A stretch of 64,000 bases of DNA, taken from NCBI GenBank assembly GCA_965205015.1, contig OZ242029.1:4736001-4800000 (forward strand), given 5' to 3'. Source of the stretch: Candidatus Poribacteria bacterium (GTDB lineage: Bacteria; Poribacteria; WGA-4E; WGA-3G). This document shows positions 57,760 through 64,000 of the stretch, piece by piece. Every line of letters starts with the position of its first letter. Within the stretch, counting starts at the first letter, position 1. The notes below the pieces were generated by a model. That model was not told the origin of the DNA. It made no database searches and worked only from the letters and a program-made list of their open reading frames with translations. A program made the translations under genes and the position numbers.

Positions 57760-58653
57760 GTGAATATGGAAAGGGAAGAGATCATCCATAGATTTCAGAA
57801 CTTGAATGTATGGAAAAGAGGACATAAAGTAGCACCCCACAAGCCTCTTTTAGTCTTGTACGCAATTGATAAATTGCGACGTGGAGAAAACCAACTTATA
57901 CCATACACAGAAGTAAAGGAGAAACTTTCAGAATTACTGATCAAATTTGGAACAAGCAAGTCGGAACCCCGTCCTCACTATCCGTTTTGGCGCCTACGCC
58001 AAGATAATGTTTGGAAAGTAACCGACGATCATCTTATTAAGGAAACCGACAGCGGAGATGCCCACGTCACTGACCTGAAGCTCCACGGTGTCTCTGGAGG
58101 ATTTCACAAAGCAATTGCTCATCACCTACAGAACGATTTCAGCCTTACTTTAGAAATAAGCGAAAGCATGCTTGATCATTTTCGTTATTCAAAACACAAG
58201 GATATTTCACAGGCTGTTGGGATTGAGGACCTGTCTCATGTGCCCAAACGACAAAGACGAGAGTGGAACTTTCCCAAAAACGTACGGAAAGCCTATGAAT
58301 ATAAATGTGCAGTTTGTGGTTTTGATGTAAAATTGCACCACCGACATGTTGCGCTAGAAGCCGCACATATTCAGCCCCTTAAAAAAGGTGGACCTGATAT
58401 AGCAGAAAATGGCTTGGCTCTTTGTTCACTACACCATGAACTATTTGATCGTGGAGTTTTCACGTTGTCGGAGCAATTAAAAGTACTCGTGTCTAAGTAC
58501 GCAAATGGGTCAACGGGCTTTGATAAATGGTTGATGCGTTTTCATGGAAAGAAAATCAATCTTCCGCAGAGTCGAATGTATTACCCTCGCATCAGCTTTA
58601 TAGACTGGCATTTCAGAGAAGTATTCAAAGACCCTTATCGCGAAAAAACTTGA
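57760..58653 (+). CDS. Phosphorothioated-DNA-binding (SBD)-HNH restriction endonuclease-like protein
   Basis: APHKPLL and YPFWRL sulfur-binding-domain motifs. CAVCG, LEAAHI, NGLALCSLHH.FDRG HNH. Confidence 0.8.
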   Translation: MNMEREEIIHRFQNLNVWKRGHKVAPHKPLLVLYAIDKLRRGENQLIPYTEVKEKLSELLIKFGTSKSEPRPHYPFWRLRQDNVWKVTDDHLIKETDSGDAHVTDLKLHGVSGGFHKAIAHHLQNDFSLTLEISESMLDHFRYSKHKDISQAVGIEDLSHVPKRQRREWNFPKNVRKAYEYKCAVCGFDVKLHHRHVALEAAHIQPLKKGGPDIAENGLALCSLHHELFDRGVFTLSEQLKVLVSKYANGSTGFDKWLMRFHGKKINLPQSRMYYPRISFIDWHFREVFKDPYREKT

Positions 58654-58679
58654 CATTTAACACAAATTTGTGCTAAAAT
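58650..58679 (+). promoter_or_regulatory. sigma70 promoter (extended -10) for leader 2 and the ssp-like operon
   Basis: TTGACA at 58650, TGcTAAAAT ending 58679. ATG 6 nt downstream suggests a leaderless transcript. Confidence 0.65.
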
Positions 58680-58685
58680 CTAAAT

Positions 58686-58838
58686 ATGGAAAATCGGGAT
58701 ACAAATACCACAGCTAAAACACTACACCTGCTTAACCGCAATCGCTGCTCATGGCGATTCTTGATGCCCTTAAAGTCTGCTTGTATACAAGATTTTAACA
58801 AGTCGACTCGCCCCCCCCCCCCACTTTACAAACGATAA
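58686..58838 (+). CDS. 50-aa upstream leader peptide ending PPPPLYKR* (candidate attenuator)
   Basis: MENRDTNTTAKTLHLLNRNRCSWRFLMPLKSACIQDFNKSTRPPPPLYKR*. C12 tract at 58811-58822. Confidence 0.55.
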   Translation: MENRDTNTTAKTLHLLNRNRCSWRFLMPLKSACIQDFNKSTRPPPPLYKR

Positions 58839-59021
58839 GCAATATACTTCATAAGACATTGACAGCATCTGCCAATGTTCTGTTTCCGCGCCCGCGTGTC
58901 CTCTCTCGCGATGATCCTCTATGCGGGCTGTTTTTGTTGTCCTATCTTCTACCGTTACTCTCAATTTCTCTCTCATGTTGCTGCTTGCTCCAGAGGTTGC
59001 TACATTTTGGAGGAACGAAAT

Positions 59022-59957
59022 TTGAGTAACGCCTACACAACCGCACCTCAGACGATTCATCCATCTTTTTCGGGACACCAAACGTTTCCCTTCCGGTATA
59101 CCTGGCTCAAAAAAGGCGTTGATGCCGTGACAGAAAATCCGACCGTCTTTTCATCGGAGAACGCCTCTGTCAGTTTAGGTGTTGGAAAAAACATGGTCAG
59201 TTCTATTCGGCATTGGTGTCGAGTATCAAGACTCATTGAGACAATAAAGCCAGTACCGTATCAGCGCGGGCAATTTGCCCCCACTGCACTCGGAAAAGCC
59301 ATTTTTGACGATAAAGAAGGATTTGACCCATATCTTGATGATCCAGCCACGCTGTGGCTAATTCATTGGCAAATTGCAACAAATACCGATCCGGCAACCG
59401 CGTGGTATTGGGCATTTAATGTTTCAAGGGGCAACCAATTCACACCCCAAATATTCGCACGAGAACTGTCCAAATGGGCACAGGAAAAGAAACGATCCAT
59501 GCGGTCGGTTTCTGATAATACACTCCGACGAGATGTCAACTGCTTTATTCGAACCTACTGTCAGTCCCGTCACACCGATGTCGTTGTCGAGGAGACCCTT
59601 GATTGCCCTCTCGTTGAACTCAATTTAATTGCCGAATTGCCAGACGGTAATGGATATGAATTCCAGCGAGGTGATAAAAAAACACTACCAATCGAAACCG
59701 TTGCGTGGGCACTGGATACGTTTTGGCAGCTTTACTTCCCACGGCAAGAAGCACTCTCGTTCTCAGAATTGATGTATGCGCCATCAAGTCCGGGACGGGT
59801 TTTCAGGTTAGACGAAGACACAATGACAGTATATCTTGAGAACCTCGCACAACTCACGGAAGGTGCGTTGCAATATGATGAAACAGCAGGTCTAAAGCAG
59901 GTCTATCGACATAGAGATTTAAACCAGATGGAACTTTTAAAGGAATATTATGGGTAA
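59022..59957 (+). CDS. DUF4007 family protein (SspB-like)
   Basis: FSGHQTFPFRYTWLKKG, LGVGKNMV.SIRHW, DPYLDD..TLWLIHW, CPLVEL. GGAGG RBS before TTG at 59022. Confidence 0.88.
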   Translation: MSNAYTTAPQTIHPSFSGHQTFPFRYTWLKKGVDAVTENPTVFSSENASVSLGVGKNMVSSIRHWCRVSRLIETIKPVPYQRGQFAPTALGKAIFDDKEGFDPYLDDPATLWLIHWQIATNTDPATAWYWAFNVSRGNQFTPQIFARELSKWAQEKKRSMRSVSDNTLRRDVNCFIRTYCQSRHTDVVVEETLDCPLVELNLIAELPDGNGYEFQRGDKKTLPIETVAWALDTFWQLYFPRQEALSFSELMYAPSSPGRVFRLDEDTMTVYLENLAQLTEGALQYDETAGLKQVYRHRDLNQMELLKEYYG

Positions 59958-62900
59958 CGTCCGTTTGTCAGAACTTTTTCACATTACAGAACGTTTTCAG
60001 CGTTCGGTCCATCTGGCGCGCGATTTTTATACAGAAAACGCTTTAGATGGCTACGTCGTGACTGCCAAAGCACGGGAAACCCTCACTCGGCTCATCACAG
60101 CACAAGAAAACGGCGCGACATCAAGAGCCTGGTCTCTTACCGGACCCTACGGTTCAGGGAAATCCGCATTTGCGCTGTTCGCTGCAAAACTACTCGGAAA
60201 TTCTGAAGCACCGACAACCCGTCAGGCACTCGATCTGCTGGAACATGAAGATCCCTCGCTATATGAACGATTTATCAGCATAAACGGCAATGGAAATGGG
60301 ACCCCATCTGGATTCTGTCCGGTGCTTATCTCTGGCGAACGCGCACCAATCATACTTGCCCTTCTACGCGGTTTAGAACACGGACTCAAGACTTTCGGAA
60401 TTTCGTCCTCTAGTGCGCTTCAACGGAAGATCAGAAATCTGTTGAAAATCGCCGCAAACGGCACACCGCCACATGCATCTGAAATCACTTCGCTTTTCGA
60501 GTCGGCGGCGCGCACCGTTCGGAAAAACGGCGGCACTGGTCTATTGTTAGTAATTGATGAACTCGGCAAGTTCCTTGAGTACACCGCGCAATCTCCAGCA
60601 AAAGGCGATGTGTTTGTCCTACAAACTCTCGCCGAATTTGCAACACGTAGCGATCAGACCCCGCTATTTTTGCTGACGATTCTGCATCAGGCTTTTGAAC
60701 AATACGCAAACAAGATAGCAAAATCGCAACGTGAAGAGTGGACAAAGGTCCAAGGACGGTTTGAAGACATCGCCTTTGTAGAACCTGCAGAACAGACCAT
60801 TCGGTTGATCGCTGCCGCTATCCAGAATACATTAACTGACAAAACAGAAAACCTATCTATAGTACCCAAACTTTATCCAACTGAATTAAATCTCACACCC
60901 CACCAATTTGAGGACACTGAATTCGATCAACTCCTCCAAAACTGCTTACCACTCCACCCGACCATAGCACTTATTATCGGTCCGATCTTCAGACGATTCG
61001 CCCAGAATGAGCGTTCCCTTTTCGCCTTCCTTAACGCAAGTGAACCTTATGGACTCCAAGACTTTCTGTCAAACCAGCATTATAATGGCAGCGTGCTACC
61101 GATATTCTCGATCGCCGACCTATATGACTATCTCAATACCACCATAGGGAATAGATTAGCCGACTCAAGCGTAGGTAATAGGTGGGTGGAGATTGAAATG
61201 GCTATTAACGGAATCACTGATCCATCACCGACAACCATTAAACTCATTAAGACGATAGGGTTACTCGGTATTACCGGAGAAGTAAGCATTAATCTGAAAG
61301 CCTCAAAGCACGTTCTCCGTTATGCCTTAGATGACTGCACTGAAGGATTCACAGAGAAATTTGAAACCGCACTGGATACGCTAACAAGACGCAAGATCGT
61401 TATCCACCGTCCCCGAAACGACACCTATGCCCTTTGGGAAGGCAGTTACATTGACATTGAAGCCAAACGCCATGAGGCGGAACAACATCTTGATCCAAAC
61501 CAAAGTCTCACAACTTATCTTTCAACGCTCGCGCCCCCTCGACCTCTCATCGCCCGCCGACACCTGTTCGAGAAGGGGACACTCCGCTATTTCGCCCTTC
61601 GTTACACCGACGCTGAAAATTTCGACGCGTCGCTCAGTGAACCACTCGGCGATGCAGACGGACTCGTTCTCTATGCCCTCCCCGCAGACGAACATGAAGG
61701 TAGGCACCTCATTGAAAAAGCGAAGGCCAAAGCCGTTGTAAACCGTAAAGAGATCCTGATTGCAATCCCGCATTCCACCAGCTTTCTGCACGACGCTGTT
61801 ACCGAACTCGCCTGTTTACAGTGGATCTCGGAAAACACACCGGAACTCGACGGCGATCCAGTCGCAAGGCGAGTCCTTTCACGCCGACGGTTAGAAGCGG
61901 AACAAAATGTAACCGAGCAGTTCGCAGCCATCTTTGGTAACGACAGCGAGAATACTTGCAAATGGTTTCACAAAGGACAAAAAGTAAATATCAATTCTCA
62001 ACGCGAAAGAAATGAACATCTATCAAAAATCTGCGATGTGGTTTACCACGAAACCCCCATTATTCTGAATGAACTGATCAATCGGCGTAAAATCTCCGGC
62101 ACTGTAACAACCGCACGCAAGAGATTAATTCAAGCGATGCTCGAAAACGGCGATCAAGAACACCTCAGCATTACTGGCTATCCTCCTGAAATGAGTATCT
62201 ATCGTTCCCTCTTATGGAACACAGGGATACACCGCGAAGTTGAAGGTGTATGGGGATTCCACCCACCACATCCAGAGGATAAAAACGAAATATCGCGCAC
62301 ATGGCAAGCGATCGAGACGTTTCTTGGCAAATGCGAAGGTGAGAGACAACCTGTCGAGAAACTCTATGAAAACCTGATGGCACCACCCCTGGGCGTGCGA
62401 AACGGTCCTCTACCTATCCTCTTGTGTGCCGCGATGCACCATTACAAAACAGAAATAGCACTTTATGAAAACGGCTCCTTTATCGCAAATTGGTCAATGC
62501 CGGTCTTTGAAAGGCTCCTTAAAGCACCGCAACAATTTGAGCTGAAACGGTTTCGGATGACGGGTATCCGCTCGGATCTGTTTTCACAGTTTTCAGAGGT
62601 ATTCAATCAATCGACAGACACCCAAAAACCCGATCTGTTGACAGTCATCACACCGCTCATGCGCGCCATCGCACAACTCCCGAAGTACACTTTGGGGACA
62701 CAAGAATTGCGTGATAACGCGAAAAATCTCCGTAAAGTTGTGCTGAATGCGCGTGAACCTGACGAACTCCTCTTCAAACAATTGCCGGAGGCTTTTGGCT
62801 TTTCTGCCTTTAGCGAGGAGGCGGCAACAGATTCAAGGACTATTTCGGAATTTTTCAGGACACTCCAAGATGCATTGTCCGAGTTAGAACAGGCGTATGA

Positions 62901-63366
62901 CATCCTACTGAATTCGGTTGAACAACTGCTTGCAGAGGCGTTCAGTTTAACACCGACGGCAGAAAAACTCCGCGTAGAACTGGTCAAAAGAGCCGAACCT
63001 TTGTTAGCGGTAACAATTGAAATGGATCTTAAAGGATTTTTAATCCAAGTTTGTAGCGGCGGACACGCTTTCAGCAGTTGGCTTGAAGCCATCGCGACCT
63101 ATCTCGCCAAAAAACCGCCTCCAGCGTGGATAGAGGCAGATAAAGCCCAATTTGAGATTAATCTCTCTCAAATCGCAAGAAAGTTTCGGCACTTTGAAGC
63201 GGTATCCTATGAAAAAGGGAAGCACATAGTCGACGAACAAACCGCTGCCATAGAACACGAGATCAAAAAAGTTTTCGACAAATTCAACGTAGACAACAAC
63301 CCGGAACTCCATATCGCAATTTTAGCACGAATTTCACAAAAATGGATACAACACCTTGACGAATAG
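59950..63366 (+). CDS. Large P-loop ATPase (SspC-like)
   Basis: Walker A GPYGSGKS, Walker B LLVIDELGKFLE, EW.KVQGRF, PLHP, QNERSLF.FL. Overlaps the DUF4007 stop. Confidence 0.85.
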   Translation: MGNVRLSELFHITERFQRSVHLARDFYTENALDGYVVTAKARETLTRLITAQENGATSRAWSLTGPYGSGKSAFALFAAKLLGNSEAPTTRQALDLLEHEDPSLYERFISINGNGNGTPSGFCPVLISGERAPIILALLRGLEHGLKTFGISSSSALQRKIRNLLKIAANGTPPHASEITSLFESAARTVRKNGGTGLLLVIDELGKFLEYTAQSPAKGDVFVLQTLAEFATRSDQTPLFLLTILHQAFEQYANKIAKSQREEWTKVQGRFEDIAFVEPAEQTIRLIAAAIQNTLTDKTENLSIVPKLYPTELNLTPHQFEDTEFDQLLQNCLPLHPTIALIIGPIFRRFAQNERSLFAFLNASEPYGLQDFLSNQHYNGSVLPIFSIADLYDYLNTTIGNRLADSSVGNRWVEIEMAINGITDPSPTTIKLIKTIGLLGITGEVSINLKASKHVLRYALDDCTEGFTEKFETALDTLTRRKIVIHRPRNDTYALWEGSYIDIEAKRHEAEQHLDPNQSLTTYLSTLAPPRPLIARRHLFEKGTLRYFALRYTDAENFDASLSEPLGDADGLVLYALPADEHEGRHLIEKAKAKAVVNRKEILIAIPHSTSFLHDAVTELACLQWISENTPELDGDPVARRVLSRRRLEAEQNVTEQFAAIFGNDSENTCKWFHKGQKVNINSQRERNEHLSKICDVVYHETPIILNELINRRKISGTVTTARKRLIQAMLENGDQEHLSITGYPPEMSIYRSLLWNTGIHREVEGVWGFHPPHPEDKNEISRTWQAIETFLGKCEGERQPVEKLYENLMAPPLGVRNGPLPILLCAAMHHYKTEIALYENGSFIANWSMPVFERLLKAPQQFELKRFRMTGIRSDLFSQFSEVFNQSTDTQKPDLLTVITPLMRAIAQLPKYTLGTQELRDNAKNLRKVVLNAREPDELLFKQLPEAFGFSAFSEEAATDSRTISEFFRTLQDALSELEQAYDILLNSVEQLLAEAFSLTPTAEKLRVELVKRAEPLLAVTIEMDLKGFLIQVCSGGHAFSSWLEAIATYLAKKPPPAWIEADKAQFEINLSQIARKFRHFEAVSYEKGKHIVDEQTAAIEHEIKKVFDKFNVDNNPELHIAILARISQKWIQHLDE

Positions 63367-63378
63367 AGGGAGAAAAAC

Positions 63379-64000
63379 ATGGAACAAAAAACACGTCACC
63401 TGCTCGGTCTCTCCGGTGGTAAAGACAGTTCCGCGCTTGCCGTTTACATGCGGGACAGGGTGCCAGAGATGGAATACTTCTTCTCTGACACGGGTAAGGA
63501 ATTGCCAGAGACTTACGCGTTTCTGGATCGATTAGAGGTATTCCTCGGCAAACCGATTGCACGTCTCAACATGGAGCGGGATGCCAGCGAGAACCGCGAT
63601 TTCGATCACTGGCTGACGCTCTACGGAGGCTTGTTGCCGTCGTCTCAAGTGCGATGGTGCACTGTTAACCTTAAGATAAGACCTTTTGAGGAATACGTCG
63701 GCGAAGACAAGGCGTATAATTACGTCGCCATCCGTGCCGATGAAGACCGTGTCGGTTATAAACCGCTGAAAACCGCCGCCCTCCGCAACATCGAGCCGAA
63801 GTACCCGTTCAAAGAGGATGGCATCACCAAAGAGGATGTCTACCGAATTCTGGAGGAAAGCGGTCTCGGTCTACCTGATTATTACAACTGGCGGACGCGT
63901 TCGGGGTGTTATTTCTGTTTTTTCCAGCGCAAATCCGAGTGGGTGGGACTCTTAGAGCAGCATCCAGACCTCTTTGAACTCGCCAAGGCATACGAGAAAT
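63379..64000 (+). CDS. PAPS reductase family protein (SspD/DndC-like), 3' truncated
   Basis: Absent from the ORF track. MEQKTRHLLGLSGGKDS, DTGKE, RWCT, RSGCYFCFFQ. Confidence 0.9.
   Translation, partial: MEQKTRHLLGLSGGKDSSALAVYMRDRVPEMEYFFSDTGKELPETYAFLDRLEVFLGKPIARLNMERDASENRDFDHWLTLYGGLLPSSQVRWCTVNLKIRPFEEYVGEDKAYNYVAIRADEDRVGYKPLKTAALRNIEPKYPFKEDGITKEDVYRILEESGLGLPDYYNWRTRSGCYFCFFQRKSEWVGLLEQHPDLFELAKAYEK

Noticed and set aside
58875-59021. Cys-rich N-terminal extension of DUF4007
   Set aside because: Lies in the leader/hairpin region. A GGAGG RBS supports the TTG start at 59022.
1-64000. Numerous 60-240 aa ORFs overlapping called genes; tRNA, rRNA or CRISPR
   Set aside because: The overlapping ORFs are alternative-frame or antisense shadows of well-supported CDS. 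No tRNA cloverleaf, rRNA or repeat-spacer array was recognised by eye.

Overview
Bacterial genomic window. The gene content suggests a Candidatus Poribacteria-like sponge symbiont (inference): LamG proteins with a K-L-x-x-T-W-G-x-[IL]-K tail, dockerin/WD40/LRR/lamin-tail secreted proteins, and many phytanoyl-CoA dioxygenases and oxidoreductases. It holds about 50 CDS. These include housekeeping genes (moaB-like, rluD-like, truA, murA, hisD, uppP, ispG, hisC, mutY), carbon-catabolic and secreted modular proteins, and a tnpB-only IS200/IS605 element that inserted into a stop codon. The right end is a defence island: a toxin-antitoxin pair, a phosphorothioate-sensing SBD-HNH-like nuclease and an SspBCD-like cluster. 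Two signals are not explained by the ORF track. (1) Two exported dockerin/Ig-thioredoxins have an in-frame TGA exactly at the first Cys of CxxC, making them probable UxxC selenoproteins, with a Cys paralog in the same gene run. (2) A cis-element occurs twice: sigma70 promoter, then a ~50-aa uORF ending PPP(P)LYxR* on a poly-C tract, then a hairpin plus T run. It precedes two unrelated loci and looks like a polyproline attenuator or a frameshift/phase switch. I saw no rRNA, tRNA or CRISPR array. Product calls come from motif recognition, not database searches.
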